Assembly (NCBI GenBank): GCA_030141605.1
Contig: JAQGDQ010000238.1
Coordinates: 186,001 to 250,000 of the forward strand
Direction: 5' to 3'
Length of the DNA: 64,000 bases
Source of the DNA: Tubiluchus corallicola
Taxonomy: Eukaryota; Animalia; Priapulida
The notes beneath the pieces are model-generated. The model saw nothing but the letters and a program-made list of their open reading frames with translations. It was not told the DNA's origin and ran no database searches. Shown in pieces: positions 38,845-52,264 of the stretch (positions are counted from its first letter, which is position 1; every line of letters begins with the position of its first letter). The translations under genes were made by a program, and so were the position numbers.

Positions 38845-39820
38845 CACAAAATCAAAGTTACTTTCAACGATATAAAAAATCACAGATACTTTCAACGACA
38901 CACAGAATCAAAAATACTTTCAACGATATACAAAACCACAAATACTTTCAACGATACACAAAATCACAGATACTTTCAACGATACACAAAATCACAAATA
39001 CTTTCAACGATACACAAAATCACAGATACTTTCAACGATACACAAAATCACAGATACTTTGAGCGATATATAAAATCACAAATACTTTCAAGCACACACA
39101 AAATCACACTTACTTTCAACGATACGCAAAATCACAAATACTTTCAACGATACACAAAATCACAAATACTTTCAACGATACACAAAATCACAAATACTTT
39201 CAACGATACACAAAATCACAGATACTTTGAGCGATATATAAAATCACAAATACTTTCAAGCACACACAAAATCACACTTACTTTCAACGATACACAAAAT
39301 CACAGATGCTTTCAACGATACACAAAATCACAGATACTTTCAACGACAAACAAAATCACAGATACTTTCAACGATACACAAAATCACAGATACTTTTAAC
39401 GATACACATAATCACAGATACTTTCAACGATACACAAAATCACAGATACTTTCAACGATATATAAAATCACAGATACTTTCAACGATACACAAAATCACA
39501 TATACTTTCAACGATACACAAAATCACAGATACTTTCAAAGATACACAAAATCACAAATACTTTCAACGATACACAAAATCACATATACTTTCAACGATA
39601 CACAAAATCACAGATACTTTCAAAGATACACAAAATCACAAATACTTTCAAGCACACACAAAATCACACTTACTTTCAACGATACACAAAATCACATATA
39701 CTTTCAACGATACACAAAATCACATATACTTTCAACGATACACATAATCACAGATACTTTCAACGATACACAAAATCACAGATACTTTCAACGATACACA
39801 AAATCACATATACTTTCAAC
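38845..39820. repeat. Tandem array of a 28-bp unit (~35 copies), consensus CACAAAATCACAGATACTTTCAACGATA
   Basis: Head-to-tail units with no unique spacers. A variant block recurs at 168-bp (6-mer) spacing. Explains the ORFs at 38802-39863. Confidence 0.95.
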
Positions 39821-41920
39821 TCTACGACAGCGACTAGAGGAGCCTCATAGGTTAGTACAATAAAAGCGTTGATCTTTTAAAACTTTATAAAATTACGACC
39901 AATGAGCAGAAAAAGACACTTGGGTGAGAATTTACAAATCAATCATACAGGTAAACCATATAAATTGTTATTGACCATTGTAAAATAAATGTTTACAAAT
40001 TGTATACATGGGAATCCGGGGGACCACAACGAGAATCATTTTCTAAACGAGCGAAAAACTTTGAGATGATTATTGAAATTACAATTTTTTAAAGAGGTGT
40101 TGCAGAAAGACGTCCAATACATTTACGTTATACATAAATGTACTGCAGTGAATATACATAAGTGTACTTCACAGTTGACAATCAGGCTGGCTAACTTGCA
40201 GTGAATCCAGTAATTGTATTTCTTTTAAAGTTTTGGCCAATTTTTTTGTAAAGATTGCAAACACAACAACAGCTTTAATCAATAGTAAGAGGCTTTAAAA
40301 TGGGTTTCTGGTTTAACTTCAAATTTCAAACTTGTTAAACTTCGAAGATGCAATGGTTGCATTGAAACATGGGGGCCTATAATTGCAACAACAGCTTTCT
40401 TGTTAGCAGCTTCGGCTTACGGGTACCAGCGTGAAATTACTTATAAGGACTGTGCCTAATGCGAGATAGCAGCACAATATCAACAATTGAGGTCGCTAAG
40501 CCTCAGCTTGCTTCACAGTTATTGAAATCTCATAGCATTTCTTACTCTTGAGAATTTCTATAACAGAACAATTAAGATTAAGCCACCTCCACGAAGATAA
40601 GCAGTTTCTCTTTTACCGCGTCACGATCCAGTATGAATTCAATCTCAACGTTAAAAGAGGTGTCGAGGAGGTTGCACAAGTCAAACGCGCCTTTCCGGAA
40701 TGAGTTACATAACAGAGTTATTCCTCTTGCACTCTATCACAAGTTTTGAGCGCTCTCTCTGTAAATTTGTCAGGTATTCTGAAGTAGACAAACCCTTGTG
40801 AAACATCACTTTGTTAGTGTGTAAAAGCGTATTGTCTAAAATACGCTCGTGAATTGAATTCATGGATTGTTCAAGGTATTAGCAAATGGCATCACCCACG
40901 CTTTCCACGCTGCTAATTGCTAAGTATTACCACTTGCCCTAAGAGAATAAAAAGACAGAGAATTTAACTAATAACTTGTAACATATGAGTCAGAAAAATG
41001 AAAGTTATAGGAATCAAGTAATTCCTTGAATTTTATTCATTCAATGGTTGTTTTGATCGTTGTTAAACAAGTAGCCTAGAATGCATTAAAAGGGAAAGTG
41101 GGACAAGGACTAGATTCGATACTTACTTAATGTTAAATCCTTCCGTAAAACAGCACAGAATTTTTATAAATCTACTTTTCCAGATGCCCTTAGAATTAGC
41201 TTTAGCCGTTTCGTTCTGTCTAAAAGTTGAGACAGGACATTGGTATAGGTCCCCTATCCCACACGACCAAAGGCTGCGACCCTGCAGTAACGCAGTGCAG
41301 TACAAGATGAAGAATACCTTGTAAATGTGAATTAACAAAAGCGGTGAAGCAAAAACACATTCTAAATTTAAGTAATGTTCTGGAATTTCGTGATATCGAC
41401 CCTTTAACCTGCAGAAAATTCTTAAGGGACATTCTTAAATTATTTGCAAGTGACAGTTAAATTAGGTAACATTTTGTTACTAAATTGTGCCGTTTTTTTG
41501 TGCTACAGTTTAGCAAAATTTGTAAACTGATATTTGTTTCGTTTGAACTATTGCGCGTTGCACGCACAACATTGTTTCATATTAACCTTGTTGTAAATGT
41601 GCATGTAATCTTGTTGGTCCTAATGGCAATAAAAATACTACTACTACTATTAGGCCAATGATAAAACTACTAAATTGGCCTTAGTGAAGCACCTGAAGCG
41701 TTTTTCTTCGCATTGCTGTATTTTAATTTCAACTTGAAACTAATTACACAACTTCTTAATTGAGGAAATGTTAGTATACTAACCCAGAGATGAATAATAG
41801 GGCGCCTAACCTATGAAATGTGCCTTACATAAACATTCGGGCCAGACCCAGTGCCAACTTTTTCACATCCCCTAGATTCTATGTTTATGGTTTAGACGAA
41901 ATCGGGAAGCTATACAGTGG

Positions 41921-41922
<2 letters not shown>

Positions 41923-41982
<60 letters not shown>
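41923..41982. repeat. (AT)n microsatellite
   Basis: Perfect AT run. Confidence 0.97.
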
Positions 41983-41987
<5 letters not shown>

Positions 41988-43009
41988 TATTATATATTAG
42001 ATTATAACGTTTTAGTTAGTCTCTAATAATCCCTGTATTATCACATCATTTAGTCACTTATCCATTACATGTAGGAAAAAATGAATATTTAAATGCCCCG
42101 TATTGACAAACTGTTCACTGAAATACAAATAGATAATTATTATTTCTATGCTACCGTTGCATTTTACTATTTTTTGTTAAACAAATTTTTATAGTGTTAG
42201 TGTTTTGTGTGCAACAAAAAGCTGAAATGACTTCAGCACTGTTATTTCACGCTGAATGAAGTTCAGCAGAGTTAGGCTATAGGCCTTCTGAAGAAGCATA
42301 GGCCTATTACTTTGTATATTAGGAGAAGTGTAGTTCTCATACATTTTATTCTTATAAAAATCTATGATACCTATACCTACATAGTACGCATGTAGGGAAT
42401 CCATTTTATAGGTCAAAAAGTTCTAGCAAGTCATAGCAAATAGAAACCGAAGTAATTGGCAATTAGTTACATGACCAATCATAAATCTTACGAATGAACA
42501 AAAAGACCATACGTGAAATCTGGCTTGCATCAGCGTGCGCCGTCAGTGACTGATTGCGGCCTGCAGCTTTCGCATGTTTCTGTCAGAACCGCCTTACAAT
42601 CCTTGACATAACTGTTTTGAAAAGTTGCGAATAAAAACATTCGGTTTCTTTGTCGGTTCGTGTGTGTACATGACAAATCACCTGGTAAGGTGCTGCGCAA
42701 TTCAAATGTGTTCAGGTTGGTCCACGTGTGTAGTTTATGAAGAAAGGCATATATTTAAACTGTGAATGAAGATGCTTATCGCTCGCAGCAACTCATTAAA
42801 ATGCGTAGGTAAATGAGCAGGAAAACATTCTTCGCTAAATTCTACATCTTTTTTCAAAAGCACTTCTCACCTGCCACAAAGGAGCTGTGTTGTCATCACT
42901 AATGATTGCTTCTGTGAGTTATATTTCAACGATGTTTATCTACTTAACCCCCAAGTACAGAAAATCTTCAGGTGAATTGATCATGTGAATTGGATTTCGC
43001 GGTCGTAAG

Positions 43010-43144
43010 TCAAAGGACCACCGGACAAAGGACCTCCGTTCAAAGGACCACCGGTCAAAGGACCACCGGACAAAGGACCTCCGTTCAAAGGACCACCGGT
43101 CAAAGGATCACCGGTCAAAGGACCACCAGACAAAGGACCACTTT
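43010..43144. repeat. 15-bp tandem repeat x9 (TCAAAGGACCACCGG)
   Basis: Direct inspection; degenerate inverted copies at ~46557-46635. Confidence 0.9.
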
Positions 43145-43756
43145 GACTTCTGGTGGACACAAATGCCACGAAAAGCTATTTTCTATTTTAACTAAGATTA
43201 AATCCACGTGCGTGATTTCAATTCAACTAAAGATTTTTATTGCTATGCATAGAATTATATTGTCTCTTCAGAAAATTGAACAAGCCCACAGAAAACGCCA
43301 TTTGCAGTCCCAGTACACAGAAAACTTCTACAATTTGGATTAGAAGTGTTCCAAAGACAACATCCTGCATATTAATCAGGCAACGCAGGTGATTATTTAA
43401 CGGCTTAGCACTAAAGAAAGACATAAGAAGACGTGACACATTATGAATAATAAATGAAATACGGAATATACTTAAAATACCTAGAAGCAAGAGGACTCGA
43501 GCCAGCCTATGACTAGCTTCAACTACGAAACCCAGAATACATTTTTAGAATTTCCAAGAGATTTGTTTGCTTTTGACTATTGTAAAACAGTTAGAAATGT
43601 GGGAAAAGCTGGGTGATTACGGTGCTTAGGTACAAAAGTTAAGTAGCCACAAATCTAATCAGCACACTTGACTGCAGGAAAACAAATTCTTGGTACAATC
43701 ATATCCTGATACTCCTGCTTCCTGCCTCCCGCTCATCAAAGAATAATGTTAACATG

Positions 43757-44580
43757 TTAAAAGAAAACCGGACCCAGTTTTAAACTGTGGTCAAAACAAT
43801 CAACTCTCTAAAATATTGAAAGGAAACATATTATTTTTTCCGAGAATGACTTACGTGAAAGAATTTTTACCACAGAAACATAATTTCGCTTTCACGCGAC
43901 TAATTCTTCGCTATTACGCCATTCACTAGTTAGATGGGCACTAGCGCCGGCATTTCAGAAACGAATGCACAGAATTAGGTGCTGTGCCTCTCAGTTCAGA
44001 GGTGTTTAGTTGTGACGTTGCACACATGTTCGACACGCTCATGCGGTAACGGTAAATTTGAAAGTTGAATTTTTGTCTTGAAGCCTGCCTACTTTTAATG
44101 CAACAGAGTGCTGTACTTCAATTTTTGCAACACGCTCGTGGAATGTTTTTGCTGTTTAAAATAATGTTCATTTGGGATGTCATCAATAGTTGGGCTTTCC
44201 CGCCGTTAATTAAGATTTTAATCTATTATTTAATTCTCAAAAACCCTTTTGCGTTATTATTGCGGTATCAACATCTTTTACCACGTTAAAGATGACTTTT
44301 TTGGGTTTTATACCTCTGTATAGTGTACTTTCAGGAATCTGTCTTGTGTATTTGTGTATTGGGTCTGGTTGCGCATGTACGTAAATATTTTATCATTTTC
44401 TATCGTAATTTTATAATATAGCTGAGTGTTTTTCTAATTTTTATATAATGCTATGTACTTTTAAATGCATGAAATAAATTTAAAAATAAAAAAATATTTG
44501 TGTTATTTATTGCGACATTAAATTGTATACTTTTTACAGTAATGGGGTAAGACATGAAAAATCATCCTGCATGCCTTTAA
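43757..44580 (+). mobile_element. TTAA-flanked Kolobok-like MITE, copy 2, with a ~250-bp nested AT-rich insertion
   Basis: TTAA ends; homologous to copies 1 and 3. Extra segment ~44265-44505 is bounded by a duplicated ttattgcg. Confidence 0.7.
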
Positions 44581-47500
44581 CATGGTCAATGAACCTCTAT
44601 ATTCCTTGATAATGACATAGATCCCAGCACTTCAACCATTCTATATGTTGAACTCAAGCTTGCAATGTGTCAAACTGTAAAAAGGAAAATTATAAGACTA
44701 CATTTTGATTCTTTAAGCAAAGCAAAGCTTGTAAGCTAATCACAAAGGAGAAGTTGACATAAATCATTAAGGTAGTATCTACATCAGAAATGATAATTTT
44801 CTCACACGTACGTGTAAACTCGATAACTACTATGGGATATGGTTTGTTCAAACAGTTCGTGTATATATACCTATAGATAACTACTAAGCTGTCTCCTATT
44901 GGGCTTTAATAATGTTCATTTTAAAAGGCGTAACATTAACTTTTAGGGCAAATAGGTTGTGATTTGTATGCGAATGTGATGCAATGCTTGCAAATATTGT
45001 TTTGCAGTTGTAGAATACAGCAATTAAAAATGTAAGCTGACTTTTTTGGTAACCGTTACCAGCCGTTGTAAACACAAGATAATACTGTGTACACTATGAC
45101 ATTGGTGTCTGGCCTTACCTCGATATTAACATAATTAATCCAGCATAATTAATTAAAGGTGCAAACGTGTTCAAACGCCTCTTGCTATTTGTGGCCATAT
45201 GAACCTAGCAACAAAAGAGTGAAAGATCAGACGCACAAAACGTATAGGATATAAACTAATCAGTTTATACAGTTTTTCACTCTGCAAGGCCAATAACTTA
45301 ATGATAAGGTCTTTTTAACGGATCGGTTGTTGCAGCATCGAACTTACAAGATGAAGCATACATTGAATTGCAATGAATTGCAAAGTTATCGTGATCACTC
45401 GATGTTACAAAATATGACATCATATGATATATGACATATGATGTTTCTTTACATATTGATGAATTTTATTTTTAGGCACTATTTAGATTGTTTATGCCTT
45501 TTCCGGTTCGTTTTCTCGATTATATGTTCACTCACTCACTAATTTGTGTGTTAGTTGAATGTATCTGATCATTTTGTTTAATGGTACTTTCGTTAGTTTT
45601 TTCTTCGTTTTTCTCTCATCATTTCTTCATTGCTTTTTTTCTTCTTCTTGCTTGTTTTCTTAATCCCTTTGTTTCTTCCACCTTTTCCGATGCTTTGGTT
45701 TGCTCTTGTGATTCATCTCTTGTTATTTTTTTCAAAAAAATTCCGTCGGCAAAAGTTGTTCTAGAGAATTTGAAATGATTTGCTGTAGAAGACCCTTACA
45801 TAAACACTTGTGACTGCAGAAGAGCATTTTACTGGTGGCGAATCAACATTTTACTGAGATTGCTTAACTTGACGGCCTCTTCCTAATCCGTAGTTGACCC
45901 CAAAATGCAACAGTGGTCACAGACTCACCTCCAAAAAGTCAAGAAAAATATCACAGAATCACAATAACTTACATGTAGAACACATCTACACGTAAGTTTA
46001 ATCATTATTTCTTGTCACAGTTTAAATTGAAATAGCAAAAACATGAAAGTCTCAAACTTGGTTTCAAACTAAAGCTGACTGGACTGCATTTTAAGGCATT
46101 ATATACTAATGGGCCAGCTACAGTAGGCTTATACTATGCCTATATTGCTAAATTATAATAAGCAGAGGTACTTCTTGCAATAGCATCTGCCTCAGGCTTA
46201 TATTTTCTAATATGTCTAATTGCTTTTTGTCTAACGTTACTACTGCTTCTGCTGTTGCTTTTTGTCTAATGTTATTAGCTAAGAAAATGAAAATTTTCTA
46301 ATTAACTACGGTTGGCCTGGTCGAGTAATCAAATTCAAAAGAATAATTTTGGCTTACTTATACATTTTAAGTTGCTGACAAATAAATAATGTAGAACTTT
46401 ACACTGTAGAATATAGAATGTAGAATAATGTAGAATACACTTTACAATTTACTCTTTACTTCTGCAAAATCGTATAACATTAACTCAAAAAACGGAATGA
46501 AAAAAATGTTAAATGTCTTTTCAGCTTCTGCTTTGCGAGGTTTGATTGTTTTTAGTTGGTCTTTAGCTTTTGGTGTGAATCTTGACTAGTGATCATATAA
46601 TGGTTCTTTGACCTGTCGTACTTTGACTGATGGTTCGCTTTGCTATACTATATAGTGAATACAAACCTTTACTAGTGAATTTAGGCTATCACAAATCTAT
46701 GCCTTGAAAATAAGCTAGTGCTCTTTTGAGATTTGCCATAGTCATAATCTTAAAAGAAGAAGTTAAAATATCCGTAAATCTCCAAAATTCTTATTTTTTT
46801 CCACAGAAGCTTTCGTCCTCTCGGACTTTATCTGCAGTACACGATTATGCAGTTTCTTTTACGATTATTATGACTATATGTCTATAATTTAGTTTTATAA
46901 ACCCAGAAATTAAATAAACGGTTAATGAAAATGATTTTGGTTTATTAATTTAGTAGATGGAATGAACAAAATCATCAACGTAAGAATATAAAAATCAAAT
47001 GCTGTTTTGCATATACTGTACTGAATACTTTTAATATTTGTAATTTTGGAGCTGTAGGCAAACTGAAGATACGCATACCAGTAGGAAAGCTTTAACATAC
47101 CTGTTAGAGATTCCTATTTCCCTATGTTTTCTATTTTATTGTAATTACCTTGAAATTCATTAATAAAATTTCCTTTATATTAATTGATTACAAGGCTTGC
47201 TATTATCTAAAATTGCGTTACTAGATGAATTATAAACAGTTAAGTACTCTGTTAGCAATAACAGACCTAGTAATGAACTAATTAGACTTTGAGCCATGCT
47301 AAAGAGAAGGCAAATTACAATAATTTCTGTTACGAGGGATCCTCTCCATTGTTATCTCTTGCAGATGGTGAGATGATTCGAAATCTGTAGTAATTATCTT
47401 CTAAGGGACTTAGGCAGTTTCCCAAACACAAGCGGCGCGCCTTAATTGACTGGCGATTAACAAAAGCAAAGAAAATGTTTGTGAAAGTCCCTTTCTCTGG

Positions 47501-48716
47501 GGATCCATTGCTTTCGTAGAGAGAGAAAGAAAAGGGATACTTGACCGCCGACTTGGGGCTCATTAAGTGGAGTCGATTGATGAAGAGGATCACTTTCTAG
47601 TCATGCAAATAATAGTCCCAATTATTCTGTCCGTCTATTGAAACAAATCGTCGAAAATTAACCTCATGGGGTGCGATAAAAGCTTAGCAGTCCAGAAATA
47701 GGAACTTTCTTGGGTGTTAGAACCCCACGATTCCATGAAAATAATGGTAGGACGTGAGAAGCTTTCTGTCTTCTCTTCCGACGAACGTTTGGTGTGGTGA
47801 AAAGCTGCCACGCGTCTAGTACAAAGAACATAATGAGGAGAACTCATGGAAATTCTCAAGCAGATTTGTAGACCTTTCGTCTAATGACGTTACTATGCAC
47901 TTGTGCAACCTTTATTTCGTAAAAAGGCATCCATAACTACACACATAAACATAAACTATAATTGACAGATCAATGATAGTTGTTTAGCTTTTTTGTTTAA
48001 TTAGAAACAACAAGGAACGCAGAATGAGTTTTAAAAAAGGGTCTTTAAGAATTAAGAATTACTACATTGAAGAATTTTGCTCGAAATTTATAAATTAATA
48101 TCTCGCTTATTTTGTTACAGGATGTGTTTGTTTTAAACTTATAAGTTTATAATGCTATTGTAACTTGCATGCTCAGATATTTAGTCTTAATTTGTTTTTC
48201 ATACCTGATTTTTTCATTTTATCAATTTGTACGCGCTTTATCAATTGAATTTAAACCTCAAAATGTTTTATTTTCTGAATAAATTTGTACATGCGTGTAA
48301 AATTGTATAGTTATAAGTTGTACTTCATATTTTGCCTTTTATGTTTAATTATATTATGTATTGTTTTTGTACACTCGGCCTGATGCAAAGGTGCCTATGG
48401 CTCATTCTAGCTGTCGAATTTAAATAAAGATCTTACTTGCTTGCTAAAAGATATTTGGGGTTCGTTTTCGTTCTTTTTCTGTGTTTTAATCTGTACATTG
48501 CTTTTTATACAAATTGCCAAAGACAAACAGAATGGCCAGTCAAGGTAAAGGACTACAGTAAGAAGGTGCAGACGTTGCATATCCAGAGAAATAGAATTTA
48601 TATACCTATAATTTTATATACAAAACATCTGTTAATATTCTACTTGAATCGAGTGAGGTTGTATATTTCAGTGAAACAATTTTTCGCTAAAATTTACAGT
48701 TTCATACACACGCAAG

Positions 48717-49578
48717 AAATTAGTACTTGGAACGGATTAGGGTTGGGTTAGGGTACTTAAATAGTGTGGGGAATTGTAAACTCCTTCTCAATTTTTTGGT
48801 AGAGAATTCCACCTATATGAAGTCCGAGATAATGCTATTAAAACACTGAAAAGAGAGCCCGAAATGAACTCCAAAATATCTGTTTCTAATTAAACAAAGA
48901 AAGCTGAGCATGATAGATGTGTGAGTTATACATGTATTTATATTTACTTCATGTATACTGCTAGCTTGGTACAAACAAACAATCCAGAATAATCTACTGG
49001 CAGAAATCGCTATGATTGTAGTGATTTCCTTTCTGGCTAGTTCTCACTGAAGCTAGAAATGAGAATGAATAACAGAAGTGTTCACGTCCGGGGAAGTCGT
49101 TGTTCGTATCCGGAACTTGGGTGGGACACACGTGTGAGATTGGGTCCCGTTGACGAAATGTCACGTTTGCGGAGAATGGGGGCACACAAGCTCATTTCCT
49201 GTGTCAATTTTGTCGTTCAACAGAGCAAAACAACGTGGAAAACTGACCACTTCCCGTTCAAAATGATTCTGTTTAATTACATGAGCGTCTTTTATCAATG
49301 ACCACTGTTCATAGCGATATGGACAGTGGTGACCGTGTGTCTTTTTTACAAGCATAAACTTTAGCGGTGATCTGGGCATGGTTTCAGAGAAACCATGGAC
49401 ATTAAACTTGGGTTTCACACCTAAATTTGGTCATACCAAATTAGTACTTGGAACGGATTAGGGTTAGGTTGGGCTAGGGTACTTAAATAGTGTGGGGAGT
49501 TGTAAACTCCTTCTCAATTTTCTGGTAGAGAATTCCACCTATAGCAAGTCCGAGATAATGCTATTAAAAACACTGAAA
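48717..49578 (+). repeat. Pair of ~135-bp direct repeats (48717-48851 and 49438-49578) containing TTAGGG-like motifs
   Basis: aaattagtacttggaacggattagggtt...gagataatgctattaaaacactgaaa occurs twice. The second copy is flanked by a 16-bp duplication, ttggtcataccaaatt. Confidence 0.85.
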
Positions 49579-49997
49579 TTGGTCATACCAAATTTAGGCT
49601 GAAACAGCCTTTCACGCAAAGGCATGAAATGAATAAGTAAATTAAACTAAATCAAATTAAATTAAAATGAATTAATTTTTCGGGTCTTGATCCTGACGAA
49701 TTAAAAATTTCAGCTGTCTAACAGTTAGTTTGTATTTCCATATGATTTTCAAAATCGATTTCATAGACATGTTAGCACCACGTATACTTTTACCACGATA
49801 AAGGCAAACGGCTTTAAATGTAAATTAACGTTATATTATAGCACTAGGTAGTTGTTGTAATTTCATGATGTTCGATAAAAATCGAAATATTATTTAAATA
49901 TTTTAATAAAATAGCACTATGTTATTTCATCGCCTGTCTTTATTGTTGATACATAATTTGAAAAATGAAGCATAATTTATAGCAGGAACGAGCTACT

Positions 49998-49998
<1 letters not shown>

Positions 49999-50086
<88 letters not shown>
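49999..50086. repeat. (CT)n microsatellite
   Basis: Direct inspection. Confidence 0.95.
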
Positions 50087-50090
<4 letters not shown>

Positions 50091-50448
50091 TTTAACACAC
50101 TGCTATTTATGCAGGCAGGCAAATAAAAAAGCATAAATACAGATTTACAGCAACCCAAAGCGACCTGACCGCCCAACCGGAAGAAGGAATCACAGTTTGG
50201 TGATTTTTAGCAAAACTTTCCCTGATCACTGTTTGCATGTGCTACACGGTATTTACCGTATCTTGTTTGGATTATCAGTCAACTGAATAAAATATAGACC
50301 CGCTACATATGCATCCCTCTAAATATATTCTGTATCTTTGTGATTGCAAATTATACTGAATTAATATAATTACATCTTTCTCAAATGAGACCAATGTGTT
50401 GTTGGTGCAAGAAAATCCTGGCTTAGTTTTCGCTACGTGTCACATAGT

Positions 50449-50722
50449 TTGTATTGTATTTTTATTGTATTGTGTTGTATTGCATTGCATTGCATTACAT
50501 TGCTTTGTATTGTATTGTATTGTATTGTATTGTATTGTATTGTATTGTATTGTATTGTATTGTATTGTATTGTATTGTATTGTATTGTATTGTATTGTAT
50601 TGTATTGTATTGTATTGTATTGTATTGTATTGTATTGTATTGTATTGTTTTGCATTGCATTGCATTGTTTTGTATTGTATTGCATTGCATTGTTGTTTTG
50701 TATTGCATTAAATCGTATTGCA
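50449..50722. repeat. (TATTG)n pentanucleotide satellite
   Basis: Explains five overlapping CIVLY/YNTIQ ORFs. Confidence 0.97.
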
Positions 50723-51289
50723 CTTCATCAATGAACTTACTGTTATTATTATCAACTAACTAAAAATAACTAATGATCAATTTCAAGTGAGTTATGAAAA
50801 TACGACTTCTTAGAAAGACCAAAAACACAAGATAAAATGATTATTATCGTTTTGTATAATTTTCCAGGCATTAAAGCGGTTAACCAGCAGAAAGCGCTAC
50901 ACCTGTAGATATACATCGAACAACATCACTTAATCTCAAAGTACGTTAGTAGAGAGTTTAACCACTTTCGGTATTGCATAGCCATGTTCGCACGGATTTG
51001 CAGGAGTCTCCAGTCTGCAATGCGATTCTGGAATTTGGAGGAACCGGCATCAATGGGGTGCTTTTAGAGTCTTGCATCACAGAAACTGCAACCATAACAG
51101 ACATCCACACAGAGTACTTCATTTGCTTGTTTAGTCGGTCGGTCATTCGTGTATTTTTTCGTTCGTTTATTTAACTGCCCATCTGGCTGTCCGTTCTATC
51201 ATCCAGTCATTCATTCATTTTGCTTATTTATTTATTAAAATGCAATGGACGAACAAATGTAATGTGAACAAAGGAAATTCAATACATGA

Positions 51290-51876
51290 TTAAAGGAAAA
51301 TCGGATCTAATCCTAAGCTATAGCTCAAAATAATCTACCCTATAAAACATTGAAAGAGAACATGCAATTTTTCAAGAAAGAACTATTACCACAGAAACGT
51401 AATTTCGCGTTCGCAGCTAACTCTAGACTGTTACATGAATTTCGCCGTTCGCTAGTTAGATGGTCACTAGCGCCTGCGTCTTGGAAACATGTTGCATAAA
51501 AACAGGTGATACACCTGGCAGTTTAGAGGTGTTAATTTGTGACGCAGTGCACTAACTAGAGAATTTGAATTTTAAACTTGTAATTTATCCAGTTTTTGTA
51601 TATCACACTGGGAATGTTATACAGGTTTAGCACTGTACTTCAATTTTGGCTTTCACAAACACGTGCAACACACTCAAGAAATGCTTGTGCAGTTGAACAT
51701 TATGTTCGTTTGTGATGTCACAAATAGTTGGACTCGCGCGCCGTTATTTAAGATTTTGATCTGTTATTTAATTATCATAAAAAATTTGGCATTATTAAAA
51801 GTGTTAAAATGTATACTTTTACCGTACTTCAAGGTGGGGTAGGATATGAAAAAAAGTAATCCAGTTTTCCTTTTAA
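51290..51876 (+). mobile_element. TTAA-flanked Kolobok-like MITE, copy 3
   Basis: TTAA-AGG...CCTT-TTAA; homologous to copies 1 and 2. Confidence 0.7.
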
Positions 51877-52264
51877 TATTGATTATTAAAGTTAACACGA
51901 TTGTAGCAGTGAAGTTGGCTGCAGCGTCTGTATGTGCGCCTTAACAGTTACTGCTGTTAACCATTCTCGGTGAACCATAGGAATGTTAGGTATTCTGTAA
52001 ACGGCATTCTGTTTGAAAACGTTTGTCAAATGCAACGGAAAACTTTGTAGAAAGTTTCATTCATAATTTTTCTGCATTCTCATGCGACCGGCGCCTAGCT
52101 TTGAAACAGCTTCCGAAAAGATTAGCGCAGTACATTATTACTTATCAATATATAATCCGTTTTTTGTCAAACTAGCAATAGCAGCGGCCTTCACACCGGT
52201 TTTGACGGGAAGCACTATTTTTAATATTAAAAATTAACGCATTAGAGTTTACCTATATAAAGTA

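Noticed and set aside
38845-39820. CRISPR array, or the 185-aa repeat-protein ORFs
   Set aside because: The 28-bp units are head-to-tail with no unique spacers and no cas genes, in a eukaryotic context. The ORFs arise only because the unit lacks stops on one strand.
50396-50763. Cys-rich CIVLY / YNTIQ repeat proteins
   Set aside because: Translation of the (TATTG)n satellite.
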